From positions 759 through 64,758 of the forward strand of contig CAZYFI010000001.1 in NCBI GenBank assembly GCA_964646985.1: a stretch of DNA of 64,000 nucleotides, given 5' to 3'. This DNA comes from an uncultured Bacteroidales bacterium (lineage in GTDB: Bacteria > Bacillota_I > Bacilli_A > ML615J-28 > CAG-698). The translations under genes and the position numbers were made by a program. Position 1 is the stretch's first letter. Each line of letters begins with the position of its first letter. This document shows, piece after piece, positions 9,327 to 18,814 of the stretch. The notes beneath the pieces are model-generated. The model was not told the origin of the DNA and did no database searches. It worked only from the letters and a program-made list of their open reading frames with translations.

Positions 9327-10379
9327 TTAATTTCGATAACCCATATCTTTTAAGACTTGATATAACAATTCGGGATCATCTGTCATAATGACATCAACAC
9401 CCAAATCAATGAGCTTTCTCATGGTTTCTTCATCATTAATGGTCCAATATTGAACAGAAATATTGCGGCGATGGGCACGATCAATATATGTTTTTTTATC
9501 TAATTTGATGGTGATATCAAATGCTTCTCGACTGGTGGGAATTTGCAAGCAAACAAAGGTAGAATCATCAAATAAATTTACTCCAAAACTTTGTGTTAAT
9601 ATAAACTTCGTAACTTCTCCAACACTACCACCACGCAATAAATGGGGATAAGTTGTTTTTAAATACAATTCTACATCATCATGAAACGTTCCTACCGCCA
9701 CTCGATTTACCAAATTGGCATTGGGATAGCGCGTATTATTGGTCATATACTGATTCAACAAATCACATGCTTTTTTCCCTTGTTCTCCACTATTTTTAAT
9801 TTCAACAGTAAATAACAAATCAAGTTCATAATAACGGTCAAATATTTCATCTATTGTCACGATATGCAAATTGTTTTCTTGAATTACGCTTGCTCGATTT
9901 GCTTGATCCACGCTGACCAAGTTTTCATACAAACGATTTCCTTGTTTGTCAACAAAGAAATATCCATAATTGAATTGTCTTAATTCAGAAAGTGTATGAT
10001 CAATGACATAATATTCATCAGTTGAGTTGGTGATTAATTCTACATCACTGACTTCATTGATGGATAAATTATGAATCGATACCAAGCGGTCGTCCTTTGT
10101 TAAGGCCAAATCCAACTCTAACATTTCGATATCAAATTCATTGATTGCATAGTCGAAAGAAAGAAATGTATTTTCTGGGTTCAATGTCTTGCCACCACGA
10201 TGCGCAGCAATCATTGGTCCTTCTTCTTTTTTTACAATAAACGGATTTACTTCAATCGCTTTTGCTGGTGGGATAATTGCGAGCACAAACCAAATCCATA
10301 CAATGGATAATAAAATAATAAGCGGAATACGAATGATTTTCTTGTTCCAAATTTTAAGTAATGTATTTTTCATAATCAA
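9327..10379 (-). CDS. Membrane-anchored glycerophosphodiester phosphodiesterase (GDPD family)
   Basis: N-terminal TM helix, then MIAAHRGGKTLNPENTFLSF (the HR(G) catalytic block) and a C-terminal GVDVIMTDDP block. Confidence 0.75.
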   Translation of the reverse strand: MIMKNTLLKIWNKKIIRIPLIILLSIVWIWFVLAIIPPAKAIEVNPFIVKKEEGPMIAAHRGGKTLNPENTFLSFDYAINEFDIEMLELDLALTKDDRLVSIHNLSINEVSDVELITNSTDEYYVIDHTLSELRQFNYGYFFVDKQGNRLYENLVSVDQANRASVIQENNLHIVTIDEIFDRYYELDLLFTVEIKNSGEQGKKACDLLNQYMTNNTRYPNANLVNRVAVGTFHDDVELYLKTTYPHLLRGGSVGEVTKFILTQSFGVNLFDDSTFVCLQIPTSREAFDITIKLDKKTYIDRAHRRNISVQYWTINDEETMRKLIDLGVDVIMTDDPELLYQVLKDMGYRN

Positions 10380-10427
10380 GCTCCTAAGATTATCATATCA
10401 TAAATAAAAAAATATTTAAAGAACAAC

Positions 10428-10467
10428 CACAAATAAAAAGAACCTTGTTTTAAAATAACAAGGTTCT
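10428..10467 (-). terminator. Rho-independent terminator closing the tilS-hpt-ftsH-S4 operon
   Basis: 11-bp stem agaaccttgtt / aacaaggttct, loop ttaaaat, followed on the minus strand by TTTTTATTT. Confidence 0.65.
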
Positions 10468-10471
10468 ATGT

Positions 10472-10726
10472 TCATTCATCGTGAATTTCGATGATTTCAT
10501 ACATCATTTTCGCATCTTCTTTTTTTACTGATGGTTGTAGTGAAGTCACTTGAAACACAATGTGCTTGTGAAAATAGTGAAGTGATACAATATCACCAAC
10601 TTTTAAAACAGTACTTGGCTTCGCAACTTTATCGTTGACAGCGATTTTATCGGCTTCACCAACTTCTTTCGCAACCGTTCTTCGTTTGATGATGCGGGAA
10701 ACTTTTAAATACTTATCAAGTCGCAT
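10472..10726 (-). CDS. S4-domain RNA-binding protein (Hsp15/YabO-like)
   Basis: MRLDKYLKVSRIIKRRTVAKE...VAVNDKVAKPSTVLKVGDIV matches the S4 domain. 84 aa. Starts 2 nt after the ftsH stop. Confidence 0.7.
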   Translation of the reverse strand: MRLDKYLKVSRIIKRRTVAKEVGEADKIAVNDKVAKPSTVLKVGDIVSLHYFHKHIVFQVTSLQPSVKKEDAKMMYEIIEIHDE

Positions 10727-10727
10727 A

Positions 10728-12746
10728 TTATTGTTTTGGCTCTTGATTTTCTACAGTGTTCTCGTTCTCACTGATTGCTTTTTTTGCTTCTTCCATAGCT
10801 TTTAATTGCTTGCGATAAATTTCTTGCAATTCTTCTTCTTTTTCTTTCGCAATCTTTTCCGCTTCTACTTTGGCTTTTTTCTTTTCCCACCATTGTAATT
10901 GTTTTGTTTCCACCAACTCATAAATGTCTTCACGAGTTAGTGTTTCGATTTCCATTAAATGGTCAGCAATGATAATCAAGATTTCTTTATTATCTGTTAA
11001 TACTTGCACAGCACGTTTATAACATACATCAATAATTTCTCTTACCGCTTCATCAATTTCCATAGCCACTTGATCAGAGAAGTTTTTATCTTTCATATAA
11101 TCACGACCAAGGAAAACTTCACGTGAAGTGTGTTCGTATTGAATCGGACCAAGTTTACTCATTCCGTATTCGGTTACCATTGCTCTAGCAATGGCCGTTG
11201 CTCTTTGGAAATCGTTATGCGCTCCAGTGGTAATTTCATTTGTCATCATTTCTTCTGATACACGACCTGATAACAACCCAACAATCGTATCTAACAAACT
11301 ATTTTTTGTTTGTAAGAAGTGTTCTTCTTCAGGAGTCATAAGCGTATAGCCACCCGCCTCACCACGAGGAACGATAGTAACTTTTTGGACAACTTCAGCG
11401 TTGTCAAGTTTGACCCCAATAATTGCATGACCTGCTTCATGGAAAGATACAATGCGTTTTTCTTGTTCACTGTATTTTCTACTGCGTTTTGCCGGTCCCA
11501 TCAATACGCGATCGATGGCTTCATCGATATCATAAAGTTTTACTTCTTTTCGATTTTCTCTTGCGGCAAGCAAAGAGGCTTCGTTTAATAGATTTTCAAG
11601 ATCAGCTCCAGAAAAACCTGGCGTTCTTTTCGCAACGTCTTCAAAATTTACTTTTGGAGATATTTTTTTATTTCGAGCGTGCACTTTTAAAATATCAACA
11701 CGTCCACGAACATCAGGATTAGAAATGTGAATTTGGCGATCAAAACGTCCTGGTCTTAATAAGGCAGGATCCAAAATATCAGCACGGTTTGTTGCTGCCA
11801 TAATGATAACACCAGAATTCTCAGAAAAACCATCCATTTCAACCAATAGTTGATTCAATGTTTGTTCGCGTTCATCGTGACCGCCACCTAAGCCGGCACC
11901 ACGTTGACGTCCAACGGCGTCAATTTCATCAATGAACACAATGCAAGGAGCAGTTTGTTTGGCAATCTTAAACATATCACGAACACGACTTGCGCCAACA
12001 CCAACAAACATTTCTACAAAATCACTACCTGAAATGGAATAAAATGGAACTTTTGCTTCACCAGCAACTGCTTTTGCAAGCAATGTCTTACCAGTTCCTG
12101 GAGGGCCTACCAAAAGAATTCCTTTGGGAACTCTCGCACCAATTTCAAAATATTTTTTTGGGAACTTTAAAAAATCAATGATTTCTTCTAATTCTTGTTT
12201 TTCTTCATCAACGCCAGCAACATCGTTAAATGTCACTTTCGAATGACGACTTAATTTAGCTCGCGTTTTTCCAAACTCAAATGCTTTATTATTGCTATTG
12301 CCTGAATTTCTAATAAAGAAAATAATCAATCCGGCAAACAACAAAATAGGTAAAATGATGGCAATAATACTCCACCAATCAGCTGGATTCAATCCAACAT
12401 ATTCCATTTCAATGTTGTTGGTCGCAATATAAGGTTTTACTTTGACTTCAATGTCGGTTTCACTCAAACGAATAACATAGGATGCTTTTGCAGCACTATC
12501 ATCTACGTATATACCTGACACAGAATACAATCCGGGATTTTCTCCACCTAAAGGAGTGATGCGCATTGTTTCGATGCGATCGTCATCTAAATATGAGAAA
12601 AAGTCATTGTAAAGTAATTCATCAGGTTTTCCTGTGGCATTCTTCATAAAGAAGAAAATACCAACAATAACTAAGATAATAAAGGCAATGACTCCTATAT
12701 CAGCTCGTTTTATTTTTTTAGGTTTTAATTGTGGTCCTTGTGCCAT
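10728..12746 (-). CDS. ftsH: ATP-dependent zinc metalloprotease FtsH
   Basis: Two TM helices, Walker A GPPGTGKT, the second region of homology, and the HEAGHA zinc site. 672 aa. Confidence 0.95.
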   Translation of the reverse strand: MAQGPQLKPKKIKRADIGVIAFIILVIVGIFFFMKNATGKPDELLYNDFFSYLDDDRIETMRITPLGGENPGLYSVSGIYVDDSAAKASYVIRLSETDIEVKVKPYIATNNIEMEYVGLNPADWWSIIAIILPILLFAGLIIFFIRNSGNSNNKAFEFGKTRAKLSRHSKVTFNDVAGVDEEKQELEEIIDFLKFPKKYFEIGARVPKGILLVGPPGTGKTLLAKAVAGEAKVPFYSISGSDFVEMFVGVGASRVRDMFKIAKQTAPCIVFIDEIDAVGRQRGAGLGGGHDEREQTLNQLLVEMDGFSENSGVIIMAATNRADILDPALLRPGRFDRQIHISNPDVRGRVDILKVHARNKKISPKVNFEDVAKRTPGFSGADLENLLNEASLLAARENRKEVKLYDIDEAIDRVLMGPAKRSRKYSEQEKRIVSFHEAGHAIIGVKLDNAEVVQKVTIVPRGEAGGYTLMTPEEEHFLQTKNSLLDTIVGLLSGRVSEEMMTNEITTGAHNDFQRATAIARAMVTEYGMSKLGPIQYEHTSREVFLGRDYMKDKNFSDQVAMEIDEAVREIIDVCYKRAVQVLTDNKEILIIIADHLMEIETLTREDIYELVETKQLQWWEKKKAKVEAEKIAKEKEEELQEIYRKQLKAMEEAKKAISENENTVENQEPKQ

Positions 12747-12756
12747 CTACTTCCTC

Positions 12757-13296
12757 CTAGTGTTTATAAATGGATTCTTTCAAAACCCCGACATAATCAA
12801 GGTTACGATAAAGTTCATTGTAATCTAAACCAAATCCAATGACAAATTTATTGGGAATCGATTTTCCTATATATTTGGGATTGACACCCAAAACGGTGCG
12901 TCCATCGGGTTTATCTAATAGTGTAACAATTTCAATGCTGTTAGCACCACGATCTTTTAATAAATTGGTTACTTCTTTTAAAGTCAATCCTGTGTCGACG
13001 ATGTCTTCAACCAGCAATAAATCTCTACCACTTACATGGGTTGTGATGTCTTTTAAAATCATAACCGCACCACTAGACATCGTTCCAACATAACTTGAAG
13101 CATGTATAAAGTCAATCTCTACATTCCCAGGAATATGTTTGATTAACTCTGCCATAAAGGGAATGCTTCCCTTTAATAATCCCACAAGTACGGGAACGCT
13201 TGTTTTGTAGTCTTGACGGATTTGTTTGCCTAGTCTCTTACATGTGGCAACAATTTCTTCATGAGTTAATAATACTTCTTGTACAAATTCATCCAT
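12757..13296 (-). CDS. hpt: Hypoxanthine-guanine phosphoribosyltransferase
   Basis: LLVEDIVDTGLTL PRPP-binding motif. 179 aa. The tilS-hpt-ftsH order is conserved in Firmicutes. Confidence 0.9.
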   Translation of the reverse strand: MDEFVQEVLLTHEEIVATCKRLGKQIRQDYKTSVPVLVGLLKGSIPFMAELIKHIPGNVEIDFIHASSYVGTMSSGAVMILKDITTHVSGRDLLLVEDIVDTGLTLKEVTNLLKDRGANSIEIVTLLDKPDGRTVLGVNPKYIGKSIPNKFVIGFGLDYNELYRNLDYVGVLKESIYKH

Positions 13297-14614
13297 GATT
13301 TTTTTCCACCTTTATTATTATATCACAATTCTGCATTTCTTTTAATTTCACGCTTTTTCTTAAGCCTAAAACAGCTAAAATTTCTTGATCTTTCTCAAGA
13401 ACCAATGTTTGCTTGCGATTGCTTAATTTGACCTTCCTATCAATGAGTAAATCACTTACTTTTTTGGTTCCACCTTCCAGGACAATTTTATCCCCCGTTT
13501 TCTTAGGTCTCATGATAAGCGGCAACATGTGACTATTATACCATATATCGTGTTCATTGATAAGCGTTTTTTCATCAATTTTCTCAACAGTTACTGTCCA
13601 AATGTCATTTAAATGATATGTTTTTATTTCCTTAATTTCTAGCATACTATCCCATTGTTTGGGAATCGGAGAAATGGTAATTTCTTCATATTCTAGCATA
13701 ACCAATACTTCATTTTTCAGTGCTATTTCCCAATTGGCTTTGTTCGAAACAAGTCCTTTTACAATCTCATCAATTTGCGCTTTGCTTAACTCATATGGTT
13801 TTAACAATGCAAACAACAATTCTCTTTGCATAAAAGCAGATAATTCTAAAAAACGAGCCAGCAAGAATGTTTGTTTGTTCTTTTTTATAATGATGTGTTG
13901 TTTTACAAATGCTTCTATTTGTTTGCTTATTTCTTGATACGCTTCTTTTAATGTTTCAGAAAATTCGCAAAACTTTTGTTGCGTAAGTGGTTGTTCTTTT
14001 TCTAGTGCCGGAATCAAATAATGGCGAATTCGATTTCTCGTATAATCGTCTTCTTCGTTGGAATAATCTTCATAAAAAAACACTTTGTTTTGGTTGGCAT
14101 AATCAACAATCATTTGTTTGGTTGCCTGTAGTAGTGGTCTAATTAACATGGTATTGTGAAATAAAAAACAAGCTTCCATCCCTGAATAACCATGCAAAGA
14201 GCTTCCTCGTAGAATCCGCATCATAATGGTTTCTACCAAATCAAGCGCATGATGTGCAAGCACCAAGTAATCGGCTTTTACCGCATCACAAACTTGTAAT
14301 AAAAATTCATAACGCTTTGTGCGAGCATTGGCTTGAAAGTTGCCATTAGAATCACTTTTTAAATGACCCACAAAACATTTCATTTGTTTTTTTGTACAAT
14401 AAGATTCAATAAACTGTTGTTCTATAGCGGATTGTTCGCGCTTATGATGATTAAAGTGAGCGACAACAAGTTGCAGGGAAAACTCTTGTTTGATGTTTTC
14501 TAGTGCTGTCAAAAGCACCATGGAATCCATTCCTGTTGATACCGCAACGACCAGGGTTTTATTTACAATATTTAAATTGTTGTCTAAAATAAATTGTTTA
14601 ATCCATTTTTCCAT
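13289..14614 (-). CDS. tilS: tRNA(Ile)-lysidine synthetase
   Basis: VAVSTGMDSMVLL is the PP-loop SGGxDS motif. 441 aa. Overlaps hpt by 8 nt. Confidence 0.9.
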   Translation of the reverse strand: MEKWIKQFILDNNLNIVNKTLVVAVSTGMDSMVLLTALENIKQEFSLQLVVAHFNHHKREQSAIEQQFIESYCTKKQMKCFVGHLKSDSNGNFQANARTKRYEFLLQVCDAVKADYLVLAHHALDLVETIMMRILRGSSLHGYSGMEACFLFHNTMLIRPLLQATKQMIVDYANQNKVFFYEDYSNEEDDYTRNRIRHYLIPALEKEQPLTQQKFCEFSETLKEAYQEISKQIEAFVKQHIIIKKNKQTFLLARFLELSAFMQRELLFALLKPYELSKAQIDEIVKGLVSNKANWEIALKNEVLVMLEYEEITISPIPKQWDSMLEIKEIKTYHLNDIWTVTVEKIDEKTLINEHDIWYNSHMLPLIMRPKKTGDKIVLEGGTKKVSDLLIDRKVKLSNRKQTLVLEKDQEILAVLGLRKSVKLKEMQNCDIIIKVEKNHG

Positions 14615-14632
14615 TGTGTGCCTCGTTCATAA

Positions 14633-14660
14633 ATTATACTCTTAATCTTATCTAATACAA
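14633..14660 (-). promoter_or_regulatory. Sigma-A promoter for the tilS operon (-35 TTGTAT, 16-nt spacer, -10 TATAAT)
   Basis: Read on the minus strand: cTTGTATtagataagattaagagTATAATttatgaacGAGGcacacaATG. Confidence 0.4.
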
Positions 14661-14674
14661 GAAAAAATCGTGAT

Positions 14675-15184
14675 TTATTGTAAACCACGCTTTTTTGATT
14701 TTGTTTGCATAAGCATCCATTCTAGCGGTTGCAATAACATGGCTGCAACAAAAACAAGGATTGGTGCCGTCATCATCAAAACAATCAAGGAAGACATCAA
14801 TTGAGGAAGTGACCAAACTAAGTGAAGAAGGGTAGCAGCCACAGTATCCAAAACAATCATAAATGCAAATAATCGCGTTAAACGATTGCCATACGCTTGC
14901 GTTGGCTCACTTTTTTGCAACCATTTCCACAAAATTAAAAAAGCCAAATATCCAGAATAAATCAACTGGACAATCCAATTATCCATATAAAAGAAAAAAA
15001 CAGCGAGTGGGAATAATAACTGTGTTCGATCTTGCACATAAAAATATTTCCAAACATAATAGAATTTTTTTAAAGCATACCCTTGGTTTTGATATTCTCT
15101 TAGCACTTCATTGGTAATGACGACTAAGACCCAAACACTCAAAAACAAGGAACCATATTCAATTGTGTTTTTAATCCATTCCAT
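14675..15184 (-). CDS. Hypothetical integral membrane protein (about 4 TM)
   Basis: 169-aa ORF. It has its own extended -10 promoter at 15204..15212 and RBS GCGAGG. No motif recognised. Confidence 0.45.
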   Translation of the reverse strand: MEWIKNTIEYGSLFLSVWVLVVITNEVLREYQNQGYALKKFYYVWKYFYVQDRTQLLFPLAVFFFYMDNWIVQLIYSGYLAFLILWKWLQKSEPTQAYGNRLTRLFAFMIVLDTVAATLLHLVWSLPQLMSSLIVLMMTAPILVFVAAMLLQPLEWMLMQTKSKKRGLQ

Positions 15185-15203
15185 ATTGCGCCTCGCTTTT
15201 TTA

Positions 15204-15212
15204 ATTATAGCA
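15204..15212 (-). promoter_or_regulatory. Extended -10 promoter (TGcTATAAT) for the 14675..15184 membrane-protein gene
   Basis: Lies immediately downstream of the LtaS terminator. tTGcTATAATtaaaaaaGCGAGGcgcaatATG on the minus strand. Confidence 0.35.
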
Positions 15213-15227
15213 AATTTTCCCTTCTAA

Positions 15228-15258
15228 AACAATAAAAAAAAGCAACCTTGGTTGCTTT
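15228..15258 (-). terminator. Rho-independent terminator after ltaS
   Basis: agcaac-cttg-gttgct hairpin overlapping the ltaS stop, followed on the minus strand by TTTTTTTTATTG. Confidence 0.6.
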
Positions 15259-17347
15259 AATCTAATGGTGGAAAGATTTCATACTTTAACAATTTATCAT
15301 TAAAATCTTTATAGCGTCGAAATGCACTTAAGATTGCGCTGCGCTTTTCTTGAGTATAATAGAATTCAAGGCTAGGATCAAGGAGCACATAATCTTCTGA
15401 TGTTCCTGATATCACAATTCCATCGGCAAAAATGTCATGATTTCGTGGATTATAAGTCAATGTTTTTTGTGAAGACAACGCATCTACGCCAAAGTAATAT
15501 TCTTGAGGCAATCCAAACAAAGAAGCTAGCGTTCTAACGGTCGAAGTCGTTCCTCTAACCAAAGAAACAACACCAGAAGGCAGAACGGTTGATTCTTGTT
15601 CATAGTTGGGATTATAAATGATAAAAGGAATGTTAGCAAGAAACTCTCGTTCTCGTAATATTTGATTTGGCAAGTTTGTTTCTACAATCAAGTCATTCAT
15701 CTCATTTTGAAAGAGTTGTGGATTCTCATAAAACATTTCATATATATCAATTCCACACCCATGATCTCCATAAAGTACCACGATGGTATCTTCGGCCAAT
15801 CCTACTTCTTCTAAGTGTTTCATCGCCTCACCAATCGCATAATCAGCATAGCTGATGTGCTCTAAGTAGCCAACAAACTGCGCATTTAAACTTTCTACAC
15901 TATATAGTTCATAATCTTCTGGAAATAAGTTAGGTTTCCCAACAAACCAGCTATCGGTTGCAGAAGAATCCGTTGGTTGACGATACGGCATATGCGCAGA
16001 GATAGTAAGCGCATAGGTAAACATCGGGTCTTTGCCACTTTTTTCTGCCATAAGATCAACGGTTTCTATTAAGAAGTCATGATCATTCATCCATGTATGA
16101 ATCAGTTGATCTTCCGAAATAACAAAATCTTCTTCTGCATAATGCTCATCAAACCCAAGAAGTTTAGGAAACAAGATATCTCGTTCATAAAAAATTCCTG
16201 TATTTGCATGCGAAGAAAAGGTTTGATAGCCAGCGCTTTTAAACATTCTTGGTAGCGTTGGATAATAAACGTTGTCATACTCATAAACAGTATAAATAGG
16301 CCCAACTGGATACAGTCCTGTCATGTTTGTGAAATCAGAATCAGATGTATTCCCAATTCCAACCGTCGTATAATAATGATTGAAATATACAGAAGAGGAA
16401 AGCATTTTATTTAAATTAGGAGTCACTTCAACCAACTCACCGTTGATATTCACTTTTAGCCCAATGACAAAATTGTTCATAGATTCCATTTGAATGAGCA
16501 ACAAATTTTTCCCGGCAAATACGCCTTGATATTCACTATTGCCAACCACTTCATCATCGACTAAGCTTGCTCTTTGTGCGGTGCGATACGCTTCTAGTTG
16601 TTCCAAGAGTTCTTCACGCTTTTCTTCTGGGTATCCTTCTTTGCTTGTAAACAAATAAGAATACGCATCATAGAAATAATAATTCAAAAATCCAACGGTT
16701 TGGGCACCATATAGTGGTGTTGTATTGTCTTCATACCAAGTATCATCTATTTGCACACGATAAGAACTCAAGCTAGAAGTCATAATTAAAACACCCATGA
16801 TCAAAAGCGATGTGCCAATGGAAAAACGATTTTTATTTGCAAGGAAAGAATAAGAACGTATCAAAGTTTCTTTTCGGTGTTTTCTCACTCCAACAGAAAA
16901 CATGATGATTAAGACAATTGCTGGCAACAAAAAGTATGGTTTAGAATATGCCAACAACGTAATCAGCGATGCAAGAAGAAAACCAAACGCATCTCCACCA
17001 CCTGAAGACCCAAATGCTGCTAAATTATAAAAAGAAAACATCATTCCATAATAACCAAAATAAATGGTAAACGCAAAATAAAGAATGCTTAGAAAAACAG
17101 AGGCCCACATTAAAAACCGCATACGATTATAATCATTTTTGTGAATGAGTAACGCCAAACTAATAAATACAATCATGAACCCAAAATCACCAAAAAAACT
17201 ATTGGTGACCATAAAAACATCTCTAGGATACGGACTTAATTCCCTAAAAACGATATTTGTAGTCAGCAAATAGCAACTTAATGTATTTAATAAAATGAAA
17301 AGCGAAATATATGTCATCTTAAAACGCTTTGAAATGTTTTTTTCCAT
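15257..17347 (-). CDS. ltaS: LTA-synthase-family sulfatase-fold enzyme (polyglycerol-phosphate lipoteichoic acid synthase LtaS-like)
   Basis: Five N-terminal TM helices followed by a large extracytoplasmic alkaline-phosphatase-superfamily domain (LIQMESMNNF..., YFNHYYTTVGIGNTSDSDFTNMTGLYP). 696 aa. Confidence 0.8.
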   Translation of the reverse strand: MEKNISKRFKMTYISLFILLNTLSCYLLTTNIVFRELSPYPRDVFMVTNSFFGDFGFMIVFISLALLIHKNDYNRMRFLMWASVFLSILYFAFTIYFGYYGMMFSFYNLAAFGSSGGGDAFGFLLASLITLLAYSKPYFLLPAIVLIIMFSVGVRKHRKETLIRSYSFLANKNRFSIGTSLLIMGVLIMTSSLSSYRVQIDDTWYEDNTTPLYGAQTVGFLNYYFYDAYSYLFTSKEGYPEEKREELLEQLEAYRTAQRASLVDDEVVGNSEYQGVFAGKNLLLIQMESMNNFVIGLKVNINGELVEVTPNLNKMLSSSVYFNHYYTTVGIGNTSDSDFTNMTGLYPVGPIYTVYEYDNVYYPTLPRMFKSAGYQTFSSHANTGIFYERDILFPKLLGFDEHYAEEDFVISEDQLIHTWMNDHDFLIETVDLMAEKSGKDPMFTYALTISAHMPYRQPTDSSATDSWFVGKPNLFPEDYELYSVESLNAQFVGYLEHISYADYAIGEAMKHLEEVGLAEDTIVVLYGDHGCGIDIYEMFYENPQLFQNEMNDLIVETNLPNQILREREFLANIPFIIYNPNYEQESTVLPSGVVSLVRGTTSTVRTLASLFGLPQEYYFGVDALSSQKTLTYNPRNHDIFADGIVISGTSEDYVLLDPSLEFYYTQEKRSAILSAFRRYKDFNDKLLKYEIFPPLD

Positions 17348-17354
17348 AATCTAC

Positions 17355-17942
17355 CTACAATTTCATTCTTCTCATGATTTTATAATTCAAAAACACGAGC
17401 AATCCATTTAATACAAACAATAAAATATCCCAATAATAAACAATTTCTAAGAAATAAACAATGACAACCAATCCACCAACTACCAATCCAAAGATAATAT
17501 GAACTATGGTGTTTTTAAATCTAAAAAGACCAACCAAAAAACCAATTTGGGATAATAAGGCAGCAACAAGCGGCAAAAATATCACTTTAGAATAATCAAA
17601 AAATGCATCAACATAAAGTTTAAAAATAAAAATATAAAACGCAACCAAAAGCAACGATAAAACAATAGAAAAGAGTAGACGCTTCAAATAATCAAAATAG
17701 ACGTCTCTTCTCGTTATCCCGATGTTTACAAATCTTCGAAGCTTATTTTTTGCTAGTTGAACATTTTCTAGAAACGAAGAAATACCAAGAGTCCCAAAAA
17801 TATTATAAATTAAAATATTTGATGGTGCTTTAATGTCATTTAAAAAAATAACAGAAACAAAAATCAACACAAGCGCAAGTAAAAACATACCTACTACTTG
17901 CACCATATGGAGCTGGAAAATATGTTGCAATTTTTCCTTCAT
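17355..17942 (-). CDS. Small polytopic membrane protein (5-6 TM), probable permease-like partner of the degenerate ABC protein
   Basis: 195 aa, strongly hydrophobic. Overlaps the upstream gene by 4 nt and ends 7 nt before the ltaS start. Confidence 0.5.
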   Translation of the reverse strand: MKEKLQHIFQLHMVQVVGMFLLALVLIFVSVIFLNDIKAPSNILIYNIFGTLGISSFLENVQLAKNKLRRFVNIGITRRDVYFDYLKRLLFSIVLSLLLVAFYIFIFKLYVDAFFDYSKVIFLPLVAALLSQIGFLVGLFRFKNTIVHIIFGLVVGGLVVIVYFLEIVYYWDILLFVLNGLLVFLNYKIMRRMKL

Positions 17943-18739
17943 CGAAACACCTCAACATCATAAGGCGATATTCGCTTATAGTCAATTTTTTGTCTATCCC
18001 ATACTTTAAGATCTACTTTATCATAATTGTCTAAAGAAATAGAAACCTCTTTTTTATAAAAAACATCTTTGCTATTTTGGGGATTTCCTTTTATCACCAT
18101 CAATTTATGTTCATTGGGATTGATGAAAACCGTTTTTTCATTGCCAATGATAATAAGCCAATCCAACAATCCTTCAAATGCTTTTACATTGTCAAGGCCC
18201 AAGAAAACAAAGTCATAGTTTGTCTTGTCTGTTAACCCTAAGGCAATTGTTTCAATTGCTTGTGAGGACTTCAAATGAATGGTTGGATTGTCAACAAAAA
18301 GAATTGGTTTGTCTATGGCTTTCACAAAAGCATAATTCACCAAACAATTGCCTGTTTTTGTGAAATGATAACGACAGTCAATCTGTAGTTCTTGGCGTAT
18401 ATTAAGGGATTTCACAAGTTGCATAAATCGATTTTCATCAAAAGAAAGATGCAAATTGCTTTGCAATTGTCCTTTCAAAAAAGAAGAGCGAAGTGTTGAT
18501 ACACAAGCTTGTGCAAAATTGAAATACAGACGTTTTTGAAAAAAAACTTTGTTATCAAAAACATCTTGTTCATCGATTTTGATTTTTCCTTGATTGGCAT
18601 TGATTCCTGCTAATAACTCAAGAAATTCCGATGCGTATTCATGTGAAAATGCATAAATGCCAACAACCACTTTCGATGAAAAAGTGGCATTTATGACTGA
18701 ATTTGCGAATGGGAATTGATTGATTGTATAAACTGCCAT
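17939..18739 (-). CDS. ABC-transporter nucleotide-binding-domain homolog with all catalytic motifs degenerate (predicted inactive)
   Basis: The sequence is collinear with an ABC NBD. At the Walker A position it reads VVVGIYAFSHEYASEF and there is no GxxGxGK[ST]. The Q-loop-like segment is FFQKRLYFNFAQ. The signature LSGGQ is replaced by FTKTGN. Walker B reads ILFVDNPT, so the catalytic Glu is Asn. There is no H-loop His; the position reads DFVFLGLD. Confidence 0.55.
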   Translation of the reverse strand: MAVYTINQFPFANSVINATFSSKVVVGIYAFSHEYASEFLELLAGINANQGKIKIDEQDVFDNKVFFQKRLYFNFAQACVSTLRSSFLKGQLQSNLHLSFDENRFMQLVKSLNIRQELQIDCRYHFTKTGNCLVNYAFVKAIDKPILFVDNPTIHLKSSQAIETIALGLTDKTNYDFVFLGLDNVKAFEGLLDWLIIIGNEKTVFINPNEHKLMVIKGNPQNSKDVFYKKEVSISLDNYDKVDLKVWDRQKIDYKRISPYDVEVFR

Positions 18740-18780
18740 ATTTTCACCTTTAACACATTATACTAGAAAACGACAAATAA

Positions 18781-18812
18781 GAAAAGAAAAACCATTCCAA
18801 TTTGGAATGATT
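18781..18812 (-). terminator. Rho-independent terminator after sufB
   Basis: cattcca-aatt-tggaatg hairpin with T-runs on both strands. Confidence 0.6.
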
Positions 18813-18814
18813 TT

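Noticed and set aside
11319-12181. Several 60-100 aa plus-strand ORFs inside ftsH (and similar antisense ORFs inside nifJ, sufB, sufS, secY, ribosomal protein genes, ecfA1/A2, GH genes)
   Set aside because: They are antisense to high-confidence conserved genes, with no RBS or promoter. They are typical spurious ORFs of an AT-rich genome.
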